Shown piece after piece: positions 47,795 to 59,077 of a DNA stretch of 64,000 nucleotides. The stretch covers positions 686,581 through 750,580 of the forward strand of contig BCKZ01000003.1 of the NCBI GenBank assembly GCA_001600815.1, read 5' to 3'. Source of the DNA: Alloascoidea hylecoeti. Its lineage: Eukaryota. A model generated the notes under the pieces. The model saw only the letters and a program-made list of their open reading frames with translations. It ran no database searches and was not told the DNA's origin. Each line of letters begins with the position of its first letter. Position 1 is the stretch's first letter. The position numbers and the translations under genes were made by a program.

Positions 47795-48377
47795 ATTATA
47801 AAATTGGTACTGTCTAAATGATTACAAGAGGACTCGAATGAAAAGAGAAATTCGAAGGGAAAATTTTGAAATATTTTTAGAGAAATATTCAATTTACAAC
47901 GACAATTCATGTATATATATAACGACCCCAATAAACAATTGTATAACAGGAACAAAGATATCGATATACTTTTTATCAACATGTATAGTTTTGTACAATT
48001 TCGCTCAAAATGAATAGATATAGTATAAATATAGTCAGACTTCGCTGATTTCATACAGACAGGAGCAGTAATCATGGTATTTACCAGCTCAATTTGCTCT
48101 CAATAAGGAGATTTTCACTGATATATTCAGATTTGAGATGAAAATATTTCATTGTTGTGAAGAATGGCAGCATATGCAGTTCCATATATAGTAATGAAAT
48201 GAGCATAAATGCATGACCATGCATAAACTGTTAACCGGTTGTTTCTGGTTTTTTTCAATTGTCTCATTAACCAATTACTTTTGGGCCTCCGCCTATTCTA
48301 CATTAACATTCTGTTCATCAACACATTCTTTGATTCCCTGTACACATCCACACTTACACTGCATATAGATACACTCA

Positions 48378-51300
48378 ATGATAAATGCCTATCGCCGGCT
48401 TCATTCGCCTACGTCTTCGACGGTTAACATCCCACTGCGAAATATGACTTCGTCACCTTCACCTTCACCATCCAAATCGCCTTCACACGAAAAGAAACTG
48501 TCATTACGAACCCGACCTCACATATTTTTAACAAACGACTCGGATGATGAAGATGACCTTGTTATGGACTTAAACTCTCCACAAATTACTTTCGAGAGCC
48601 CTACGAAAACGAAAGGGAGGTCCAAGTATTCTCAAAAAGGACACATGCGACACAGAAGCACAAATAGTGATTCCGCCCCATTGATGTTGGGACGGAGACC
48701 TGATTTCGACTATGATTTTGATGAGAGAGACGAGATCAAATCTGTTGACTCCGTTAAAAAAAGTAAATTAGCAAGTGTTGTTGGTATTTTTCGTCTTTTA
48801 CAACCAGCGAATATTCAAGCCTATTTAAATCGTTCTATCATCGCAATAAATCAGAATAAATTAGTTATAAGTGTTTCTAATATTATAAAACGAGGCCATG
48901 GATCCTCCACTGCAGATCTTGACAGATTAATTATACCCAGTTCAACACCAAATATCTACCCTACGAACGCAGTTTCAAATGCAAAATATTCACCAATAGA
49001 CTTCATCCCAATAGTACTATATCAGCAGTTCAAATTTTTCTTCAATTTATATTTTTTGCTTGTTGCTCTTTCACAAGCAATTCCTGCCTTACAAATTGGT
49101 TACTTATCTTCATATGTTGTACCATTAGCGTTTGTATTGACTGTCACAATGGGCAAAGAAGCTAGCGATGATATTCAACGTCGAAGGAGGGATCATGAAT
49201 CTAACAAAGCTGCATATGAAGTGCTTGGAAAAGATACGGTCTCAAATCGGAGTGTGTCTTCTGAGGATTTGAAAGTTGGAGATTTAGTCCGAATATACAA
49301 AAATTCCAGAGTACCCGCCGATATGATTTTATTACAATCTAGTGACAATTCAAAAGGTGAAGTATTCATCAGAACTGATCAATTAGATGGTGAAACTGAT
49401 TGGAAACTGAGAATTTCGTGCCGGCCAACTCAAAATTTAAGTGAGGGTGAACTGACGAATGGGACAATAAAAATAACAGCGACACCACCTGCTAAATCTA
49501 TTCATTCGTTTATTGGAAAAATGACTTGTGTCATTAATGGATCAACATCCTCAACTCCTTTGGGAATAGATAATACCCTGTGGGCTAACACAGTACTAGC
49601 TTCTGGCAGCGCAGTCGGCTGTGTTATTTATACCGGTATAGAAACGAGACAGGCATTAAATACTTCAAAGGCTGGAACTAAAACTGGGTTACTTGAACTT
49701 GAAGTCAATAAAATCTCCAAAATTCTATGCATTTGCGTCTTTGTTCTTAGTTTTGGTTTAGTAGCATTAGAAGGATTTGGTTCAGATTGGTATGTGAATG
49801 TTATGCGGTTTTTGATCTTGTTTTCAACGATTATTCCAGTTAGTCTAAGAGTCAATCTGGATATGGGGAAGTCAGTCTACAGTTATCAAATTGAACATGA
49901 TAATATAATCCCAAATACTATAGTGAGAACAAGTACAATTCCGGAAGATTTGGGGAGAATAGAATATTTATTGAGTGATAAAACAGGTACCTTGACACAA
50001 AATGACATGGAAATGAAAAAACTACACCTAGGAACTGTATCTTATGGATTTGATTCAATGGACATTGTAAAAGATTGTGTATCATCATTTCAACCAACCC
50101 AAGAAGGGACAAGTGTAGCTATCGCGGGTAACAGAAGCCGTCGAGAACTCAACAATAGAATCAGGGACTTAATAATAACACTATGTATTTGTCATAATGT
50201 CACACCATTATTTGAAGATGGAGAAGTTACATACCAAGCGGCCTCCCCTGATGAAATTGCAATTGTTAAATATACTGCTTCAGTTGGTTTATCATTATTT
50301 AAGCGTGATCGAACATCGATAACTTTACTCCATGAGGCTAGTCATACATCATTGCAATACGACATTCTACATGTTTTTCCGTTTAATTCAGACTCTAAAA
50401 GAATGGGAATAATTGTCAAAGATAAATTAAAAGATGAACTTTGGTTTTATCTAAAAGGCGCAGATACAGTTATGAGCAAAATTGTTCAACAGAATGATTG
50501 GTTAGAAGAGGAAACAGGTAATATGGCTAGGGAAGGATTAAGAACATTAGTTGTAGGACGAAAGAAATTATCACGTCAAGCTTATGAAACATTTCAACAA
50601 AAATATCATGAAGCTTCTTTGTTGATGGCTGATAGAGATGATTCAATGAAAAAAGTTATATATACAATGCTTGAACATGATTTAGAGTTGTTAGGTTTAA
50701 CTGGAGTTGAAGATAAGTTACAAAATGAAGTCAAATCATCTTTAGAATTATTAAGAAATGCTGGTGTTAAGATTTGGATGTTAACTGGAGATAAAATTGA
50801 AACCGCTAAATGTGTTGCTATTAGTGCAAAACTAGTTACTCGTGGACAATATATTCATCAAATTACAAGAGTTCATGACAAAACAACTGCCTTCAACGAA
50901 ATTGAGTTTTTAAACACTAAAAATGATTGTTGTTTATTAATTGATGGTGAATCACTATCGGTGTTACTTACTCACTATAAGCAGGAATTTATTGATGTTG
51001 CAGTTTTATTACCAGTTGTAATAGCATGTCGTTGTACTCCTCAACAAAAAGCCGATGTAGCTACACTTATTAAGGAAGCAACTCACAAACGGGTTTGTTG
51101 TATAGGTGATGGTGGTAATGATGTTAGTATGATTCAGGCCGCTGACGTTGGCGTTGGTATTGTTGGAAAAGAAGGTGTCCAAGCTTCATTGGCTGCTGAT
51201 TTCTCTATTTCTCAATTTTCTCATTTGACTAGATTAATGATCTGGCATGGTAGAAATTCATATAAACGATCTGCTAAATTAGCACAATTTGTTATTCATC

Positions 51301-51911
51301 GAGGTTTAATTATTACTGTTTGTCAAACGGTTTATTCCATTTCATCCAAATTTGAGCCCCTAGCTTTATATCAAGGGTGGCTGATGGTTGGTTATTCCAC
51401 ATTGTACACGATGGCTCCAGTTTTCTCTTTTGTTAGTGATCTAGATGTTGATGAGGAATTGGCAAAAATGTACCCGGAATTATATAAGGATTTAACTAGT
51501 GGGAAATCTCTATCATATAAGACATTTTTTGCTTGGGTCGGAATTTCACTATATCAAGGAATTGTCATTCAATGTCTTTCACAAATGTTTACAAGTCTTA
51601 ATGCGGAATATTTTACCATGATGGTTGTAGTAAGTTTTACTGCACTTGTTTTAAACGAGCTAGCCATGGTTGCAATTGAGATTAGAAAATGGAATTATTT
51701 CATAATACTTTGTGAGATTTTGACACTTACAGCATACATCATATCTTTTCCATTTCTTGGGGAATATTTTGACCTCGAGTTTGTTGCAGAAGGCAGCTTC
51801 TTCTGGAAATGTGCTATTATTCTTGCTACAAGTTTGTTGCCTATATGGATTGCTAAACTCATAAATAAGAAATTAAGACCACCAACATATGCTAAAGTTC
51901 AAGAATCATGA
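48378..51911 (+). CDS. NEO1: P4-type ATPase (aminophospholipid flippase), Neo1/ATP9 class
   Basis: QLDGETDWKLR, IIPVSLRVNLD, phosphorylation motif DKTGTLTQN, GDGGNDVSMIQ and C-terminal PPTYAKV. Confidence 0.96.
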   Translation: MINAYRRLHSPTSSTVNIPLRNMTSSPSPSPSKSPSHEKKLSLRTRPHIFLTNDSDDEDDLVMDLNSPQITFESPTKTKGRSKYSQKGHMRHRSTNSDSAPLMLGRRPDFDYDFDERDEIKSVDSVKKSKLASVVGIFRLLQPANIQAYLNRSIIAINQNKLVISVSNIIKRGHGSSTADLDRLIIPSSTPNIYPTNAVSNAKYSPIDFIPIVLYQQFKFFFNLYFLLVALSQAIPALQIGYLSSYVVPLAFVLTVTMGKEASDDIQRRRRDHESNKAAYEVLGKDTVSNRSVSSEDLKVGDLVRIYKNSRVPADMILLQSSDNSKGEVFIRTDQLDGETDWKLRISCRPTQNLSEGELTNGTIKITATPPAKSIHSFIGKMTCVINGSTSSTPLGIDNTLWANTVLASGSAVGCVIYTGIETRQALNTSKAGTKTGLLELEVNKISKILCICVFVLSFGLVALEGFGSDWYVNVMRFLILFSTIIPVSLRVNLDMGKSVYSYQIEHDNIIPNTIVRTSTIPEDLGRIEYLLSDKTGTLTQNDMEMKKLHLGTVSYGFDSMDIVKDCVSSFQPTQEGTSVAIAGNRSRRELNNRIRDLIITLCICHNVTPLFEDGEVTYQAASPDEIAIVKYTASVGLSLFKRDRTSITLLHEASHTSLQYDILHVFPFNSDSKRMGIIVKDKLKDELWFYLKGADTVMSKIVQQNDWLEEETGNMAREGLRTLVVGRKKLSRQAYETFQQKYHEASLLMADRDDSMKKVIYTMLEHDLELLGLTGVEDKLQNEVKSSLELLRNAGVKIWMLTGDKIETAKCVAISAKLVTRGQYIHQITRVHDKTTAFNEIEFLNTKNDCCLLIDGESLSVLLTHYKQEFIDVAVLLPVVIACRCTPQQKADVATLIKEATHKRVCCIGDGGNDVSMIQAADVGVGIVGKEGVQASLAADFSISQFSHLTRLMIWHGRNSYKRSAKLAQFVIHRGLIITVCQTVYSISSKFEPLALYQGWLMVGYSTLYTMAPVFSFVSDLDVDEELAKMYPELYKDLTSGKSLSYKTFFAWVGISLYQGIVIQCLSQMFTSLNAEYFTMMVVVSFTALVLNELAMVAIEIRKWNYFIILCEILTLTAYIISFPFLGEYFDLEFVAEGSFFWKCAIILATSLLPIWIAKLINKKLRPPTYAKVQES

Positions 51912-53711
51912 ATATATTAGACTTCTAAATCAATAGAACAGTACAAAATGGACTCATTATTTGCATAGTATTTTATATTTGTTATTTTTATAGTTTTATA
52001 TATACACAACATTTTTTAATTCATGTACCATGACTTAGTACAAGATCGCGTGTACATATTTAATTTTGAAAACTTTTTAAAACTACAAGGTTTGTTTTCG
52101 GGTCATAACTTCGCATAAAATAAGGTAAGAACATTATCTACTACATTGAGTAGGAAACTTAGGGCATCAAGCTCTAATTAACCTGGTGGTTCTACTTAAT
52201 ATCAGCCATATTGTGTATTAGTTATCGGCCTCTACTAAAGTTTGGCTGCATGGTTACCGGTATGTCCGTTGATATGAAGAGAGCAACTTCACCCGGCCAA
52301 TGATTAGTGATAATAATGGCCTACATTAAGTGGAATAACTATAAGCTGTACATCCAGAAAGAAAACTCAACTAAGTCGATTGAAAATACATTTCATACAA
52401 GGGGTTTACTAAAGAAGTTGGAAAACAAAATATTAAGTGGTAGGTCGATCTGATGGAAGAATGTTTTATGAGAAGGCTGCCCATCTGTCGCATATGCATA
52501 TAAACGGCGCCACTTCATAGATGTTCCAGAGCCATGCAAAGCATTGAATCCACCAGAAAACTTGGATGGGTCATTTTCTAGATTTAATATAGGTGTGAGG
52601 GGAATTTACAAGATTTATCTTACTCCTAATTTTATGAAATCGTGGAAATGGTGAATCATGCGGAGAACATGCTTCCATTTTTATTGTGTTTTCCATCTTC
52701 TGAGTGGCACCAAAAGCTTCTAGAATCTATAAAAAAAAACGGTTAAATTCCCCTGTGTCTCACCAAATTTAAAGATGTGTACATTTTATATAAAAATTAA
52801 ATAATTTAAAAAATGTTTTCTTAATTATGTATACGGTGAGCGCGGGAGCTATAGGAAAGGAACAAACGGCCCCACGAACTCATAAAATGAAAATGTAGAT
52901 CCAATCTCTATCAATTCATAAGATACATCTAGTTGGGAGTTTATAATTACTATTTCAGCTATCGCCATATATATGGGCTTCTTTTTGAAACCATAATATA
53001 TTTGATAGGTATAAGTCTTATTTGAATAATATAGGTTATATGTTTATTCTTAAGATTATTTACCGGTAATATATAAGAATCAAACCAATACCACCAATAA
53101 TAAAACCGGACATACTATGAAAATAAATATATTAATATTTATATAACTATATAGAAAAATATTTACTTCAGAAGTTTAAATAACTTCAAAGCTTTTAAAT
53201 TTACTTATACAATAAATAGTAAGGAAGAATGCAAAGTTTTTTTTCTATAATCACAGGCTTAAACTTTAGTCTCTCCATATAGACCTAATTCTAATTAATA
53301 ATTATAAAAGGAATGGGTTATTAAATGAATGTACCTGAATATACTTTTAGATATAAGAAATATAAATATAAATGAAAACTTGAAAACTTGAAAAACAATG
53401 ACAAATGAAAATAGAAAACAGTAACATGAGAAATAAGAAATGAAAAAGCTAGATAAAAGCTTAAAAATTAATTTACATGCACGTTTTTATGTTAAATAAA
53501 ATGAAGTCCAATTGAAAGCTTTTATAAGATATAAAAGCATTAAAAAGAAAGAAAGAAAGAAAAAAATAAAAATATGAACTGATGTAAAAGAGATATATAT
53601 ATATATAAGTAATAAAAATTGTTAAAATAGAAAACTGAATTTTTTTTTTTTTGAATCCAAAGAAAAAGAAAAACTCTGTTACTCTGATTATAAACACAAA
53701 AGCAAGAAATC

Positions 53712-53774
53712 ACAAACATAAACATAAACACAAACACAAACACAAACACAAACACAAACACAAACACAATAAAA

Positions 53775-53821
<47 letters not shown>

Positions 53822-53854
53822 ATTATAATCTAATTTTTTTTTTTTTTTTTTTTT
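53712..53854. repeat. Compound microsatellite (CAAACA)n-(TAAA)n-poly(T)
   Basis: Directly visible. Confidence 0.9.
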
Positions 53855-54075
53855 TATTAATTAAAATTTGATGAAGATGAACTATGGACATTGATACAAA
53901 ACCATTAAAGAAAATAATGGATTTATAAAATATAAAACATAGTTGAACCTTGGGAAACACAGGAACATCCATGGATGACTTCTAAAGAACCATATCTAGT
54001 AACCTGAATCGTTTAAACTTGTTATTTAACAAGTTAGTTTCATTTCATTTCTATTCTTTTTTTTTTTTTTTTTTT

Positions 54076-54165
54076 NNNNNNNNNNNNNNNNNNNNNNNNN
54101 NNNNNNNNNNNNNNNNNNNNNNNNNNNNNNNNNNNNNNNNNNNNNNNNNNNNNNNNNNNNNNNNN
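54076..54165. other. Assembly gap (90 N) next to a poly-T run
   Basis: Run of N characters. Confidence 1.
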
Positions 54166-56359
54166 AATTAGCCGGGTATTTTCCATATGATGTTCTTTTA
54201 TATGAACCACTTGATTTTCTTTGATCATAACCACCATAATTATAACCCATATTACCTTGTAATGGTGGTGGTTGTACCATTGTTTGAACATTTGAAATTG
54301 GATAACCATAAATACCAATTCCTGGTGAATTAATAGGATAATACATATTTGGAGGTAATGGCCGATAAATTGGTAAGAATTTAGTTGATGGTGTACCAAT
54401 TTGATTCAATGTTGTTGGTGGTAATTGATATAATTCTTGTTGTTGGACCGTTTGAGCATCTGGTGATGGATCATTACTCTGTGATGTTTCTGTTGAGCTT
54501 GAAGATCTAGATATTGGAACAATCGGAACAAGTAATGAATCAGAAACAGGGATATTTGAATTGATTGGAATTGCATTGGGTGCCACAAAAGGCGTTTCAC
54601 CATTAATATTTGTACCGTGGTTTCCATCAGGTACAGACATTGGTTGTTGTTGTTGTTGTTGTTGCATAATTTGTGATGTCATTGGAATATAACCTTGATA
54701 TGGATAATTATAACCCATATTCCATTGATAATAGGGAACTGCAGGACCGTTTGTAATTTGTTGAGGTACCTGCTGAGGTACTTGCTGTTGTGAAGATGCT
54801 GTCTCATTACCTGCGGAATTATTAGATACCATTGGCATATTATAAGAAGGTACCATCATATTCATTGTAGGAGGTTGACCATAATAATAAGGATATGGAT
54901 AAGGAGCAGGAGCAGTTGAGCTAATAGCACCGGTAGAATCAGTTTGAGTTGTACTGGATAATGCCCCCGAATTTGAAGAAATAAAAGAAAGTCTTGATAA
55001 TGATGGTCTTAAATTATGTACTGATTCTTTGAAACCACCTGCAGGACCAATACCTGGACCTAAACCTAAACTAGGCCCAGGACTTAAACCATTAATTGAA
55101 GGAACATTAACATTATTAAAAGTATAATTTGAATTATTAGGTAATGTAATATTTTTAGATCTATCTCTTCGTCTTGCAAAAGAAACATGAAGTTGATGAC
55201 CCATTAAAACAGTATCATTCATTTTTAATTGTGCCAATTCAGCCATTTGATGAGTTTCAAAACAAACAAACCCATAAAGACATGATTTACCAGTTTTTTC
55301 ATCAGTTATAATTTTTGCGGAAATAATTTTACCAAATTCTTTAAAAAAATTATTTAATAAATCATCATTAATTAATTCATTTAAATTTCTAATATATAAA
55401 TTTGTATCTTGATATTTATAATTATGTGGATGAGCTGGATCTAAAGTTAATGGATGAGATGTAGTTGTTTGTGGATAAAAAGGTAATGATAAATTAAATT
55501 TATAATTATTATGATTATGAAATGTTGATGAATTAAAATTATTTAATAATTTTAAATTTATTAAAGGATTTTTAAAAGAAACAAATCCACATTGTTCTGT
55601 ACATGTAATTTTAAATGTTGTTGATGTTTCATGTTTTTCATTAACATGTTCATTATTATTATTACTCATTCCATTGATGTTTATTGTTGTTGTTTCTATT
55701 TGTTTATTAATATTTAAATTTAAATGATGTGTTGATAATGGTAAAGTTGATTGTAAAAGTGGCGATTTTTTAATAGTAACATGAAAGAATTGAATTGAAC
55801 CAAATTTAATAAGAGCATCATAAATTTGAGATTCAGTTACATTATTAATATTAGTTATCATCAAAACAATATCATTTGAATTTTTGAATTTTCCATCATC
55901 ATCATTATAATTATAATTATCTTGTTGTTGTTGTTCATCTCCTTCTTGTTCTTGTTGTTGTTCTTGTTCTTGTTCTTGTTCTTGTTGATGATGATCAATA
56001 TCAGGTATAAACTCCACATTTAATTTAACATTATCTATTTCATAACCATTAAATTTTTTTTCAGCAATAATAGCAGAAGATAAATTAACATAAGATATTA
56101 TTGCTTTTAAAGGATTTTTTTCATTTTTTTTAAAATTATTTAAAAATTTACAATTTATTATTGAACCTGTTGATGAAAATAAATAAGTTATTGATTGTGG
56201 AGTTAAAGTAAATGGAATATTTGATATTGAAATTAGTGGAGAAACATCTATGATGATATGTTAATTATTTGGATCTATTTATAAATTATATTGATTATAC
56301 TTACCAGGTAAAGAAGTCAATTGATTATTTTGAAGGGAGGAGTCAAAGAAGTCTGTCAT
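54166..56359 (-). CDS. Three-RRM RNA-binding protein with a P/Y/Q/N-rich tail (PABP-type last RRM; possibly Mip6/Pes4/Crp79-like); exon 1 56359-56305, exon 2 from 56247; 3' end in gap
   Basis: A GTAAGT..TAG intron (56304-56248) adds RRM1 (ISISNIPF..EKKFNGYEIDNVKLNVEF) in frame. RRM3 reads TNLYIRNL..FGKIISAKII..YGFVCF..LHVSFA. Confidence 0.78.
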
Positions 56360-56853
56360 AACTAATATATACAATTATATAGTTTTTAAATAAAAAAACA
56401 ATAATAAAAATGGATATTAATGAATGAAAACAACAACAAAATTTAAAAAGTAAAAGTAAAAGTGAAATTTAAAATAGATAAATAAATAAAAGAAGAGAAG
56501 AGAAAGAAAGGGAAAAAAAAGAGTCAAATTAAAGAGTCTGGAGATGTTATTTAATGGACCATATACATAATAATAGAATAAAATCCAAAAGCGGTATTTC
56601 ACAGTTCCTAGTTAGTTTTGGTGCATTTGTCTTATTAATTATGAGTAAACATTTTATAGTATTATTATTTGTTAAACCTCCAATTTGACTTTGTTTTACT
56701 TCACGATTATATACTTAATAAAATACCGAATATATGAAATGATATATGATATGGTATGACTTGTTTTACACAATTCTCAAGTTTACGCTGGAGCCTATAT
56801 ACTCCACAGATCTAGAGGTCCACAGATGTAACACCTGTCAATTGATCAACTTA

Positions 56854-57754
56854 ATGGCATCTGCCATCCATTTTTTAAACCATAGAGGTTCGCCACTTCT
56901 TTCCAGAAACTATAAAGATGATATTCCTTTAAATGCAATTCTTGATTTCCCACAAATATTAATAAATAATGATTTACAAACTCCTATAATATATCATAAA
57001 GGATTACATTATATTTATATTCAACATAATGATATTTATTTATTGACATTATTAAATTCAACAAATTTAATGACATGTAAAACAAATATAATGGAATTAT
57101 TGGTGTTTATGAATCAATTAATTAATGTATTAACAGATTATTTTAAAAATTTAACAGAAGAATCAATAAAAGATAATTATGTTATTATATATGAATTATT
57201 AGATGAAATGATTGATTATGGTTATCCACAAATTACAGAATCAAATATTTTAAAAGAATATATTACAACAGATTCTCATCAATTAGATTTAGAAGCAAGA
57301 ATTAGTTCAAATGCAACAGATATTATATCATGGAGAACAAAAGGAATATATTATAAAAAAAATGAATTTTTTTTAGATGTTATTGAAAAAAATAATTTAT
57401 TAGTTGGAGCTAATGGAGAAATTAAAAGACATGATATAATTGGAGAATTTATTGGTAGTTGTTATTTAAGTGGGATGCCAAATTTAAATTTAGGATTAAA
57501 CGTTTCATCATTAAATGAATCATTTATAATTGTTAAAGATTCAATTGGGAATGGAAATAAAAGAAAAAAACAGCCACAAATATATGATATTAAATTTCAT
57601 CAATGTGTTAATTTGGATGAAGTTGAATCGAAAAAATCAATAAATTTTATACCACCAGATGATAAATTTACGTTAATGTCATATAGAGCAAAACCACAGG
57701 GGAAACCGTTATTATGGTTAGAATTTTCAATTAAAAATAAACATAAACATAAAC

Positions 57755-57788
<34 letters not shown>

Positions 57789-58359
57789 TAATAATAATGA
57801 TAATAATAATGATAATAATAAAAATATTAATAAAAATATTAATAATAAACAAAAAACAAGGCCTTCAACATTGTTGATGAAGTTAAAATTAAAATCACAG
57901 TATCAAAAACGACTGGTAGGCGAGAATGTACGGGTTGAAGTTCCAGTACCGTCAGACACAACGAGTCCTAGATTTAAGACCAGAATGGGTAAGGTTGTTT
58001 ACAGTCCAGAAACTTCATCAATTATTTGGAATTTGGGGCAAGTTGGAGGAAATGCAGAGTTTGAAATGAAGGCCGAAATATCGTTATCATCAGTTATGGC
58101 AGAAGACAATGAAGAGTATTTTGAGAATGAGAATGGAAATGGAAATGGAAGTGGAAATGGAGACGATAGTGGAAATGAAGACGGAGGCAGAATCCAGTTC
58201 AAAAAGCCCATCAAGATTCTATTTGATGTTCCATACTATGCGATGAGTGGGATAACGGTCAAGTACCTGAAAGTGCACGAGCCGAGGCTGCGATATCCAA
58301 CGCTGCCGTGGGTCCGGTACCTGACCAAGAACGGGGCCGAGTATTGCTTTAGGACGTAA
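56854..58359 (+). CDS. AP-1 adaptor complex medium (mu) subunit, Apm1/Apm2-like
   Basis: Start MASAIHFLN, then EESIKDNYVIIYELLDEMIDYGYPQITE, SWRTKGIYYKKNEFFLDV, YLSGMP, DIKFHQCV, FIPPD and PWVRY. It carries Asn-rich insertions. Confidence 0.88.
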
Positions 58360-58538
58360 ATAGCTTTCGAATAAACAGGAGGCGGGCATACCAAACAGGA
58401 AATAGCGAATAGAAACACCAAACAGGAAATGAGCGGGCGGCCCAAAGTAGCGAGCAAGTGTCTCAAACGGAACATGAAGCACATTGAGAATGACGATGCT
58501 ACCAAGCAGCTTGCAATTGCCATGCAACTAGCAGGCTG

Positions 58539-58850
58539 CTAGCGTAGTTTGATCTCCAGCTGGCGACTCCACCCGTCCAGCTCGCGAGCCACGCTGAGCA
58601 ACTCGTCGATCCGGGCAGCCAGGTCGTCGACTCTGCTCGCGTGCTGCCGGACCAGGCCGTCCATGTGTCGTAAATCCGCAGAGCGCTCGTGGAGCCGGGC
58701 GACCTGCTCGCTGGCTCGCGAGAACGACTGGGAGGACGCCACGCTGACCTTCTCCAGCACGGCCAGCTCCGCGGCGGCGGCGTGCACGTCGGCGTGGGCG
58801 TAGGCCGTGAGCGAGGAAAGACACCTCTGGACGCTGTCGTGGGCGGTCAT
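58539..58850 (-). CDS. BLI1: Small coiled-coil protein, probably BLOC-1 subunit Bli1
   Basis: A 103-aa helical ORF ending ELDGWSRQLEIK, similar from memory to the fungal Bli1 C-terminus (ELDEWSxELEVK). Its codons are very GC-rich. Confidence 0.6.
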   Translation of the reverse strand: MTAHDSVQRCLSSLTAYAHADVHAAAAELAVLEKVSVASSQSFSRASEQVARLHERSADLRHMDGLVRQHASRVDDLAARIDELLSVARELDGWSRQLEIKLR

Positions 58851-59077
58851 GGCTGGCTGTGGCTGTGGCTGGCTCTGGCTCTGGCTCTGCTCTGGAGAGA
58901 AGATTCGCAGGCAGAGGATGGGAGCGTTGCCGCGGCAACCGCCCCTACACCCACGACTGCGCTCGTTCCATTAATTAATTAATTATAAGTGCGTGCTGGT
59001 GGTCAATTTAAATTTGTCCTTCTTCCTTCTTCTCCCACCACCACCACCACCACCTACCTGTATACAAAGACTAGGGC

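Noticed and set aside
54026..54075. KKKKKKNRNEMKLTC C-terminus given by the ORF track
   Set aside because: The frame is carried through the N gap artificially, so the true stop is unknown.
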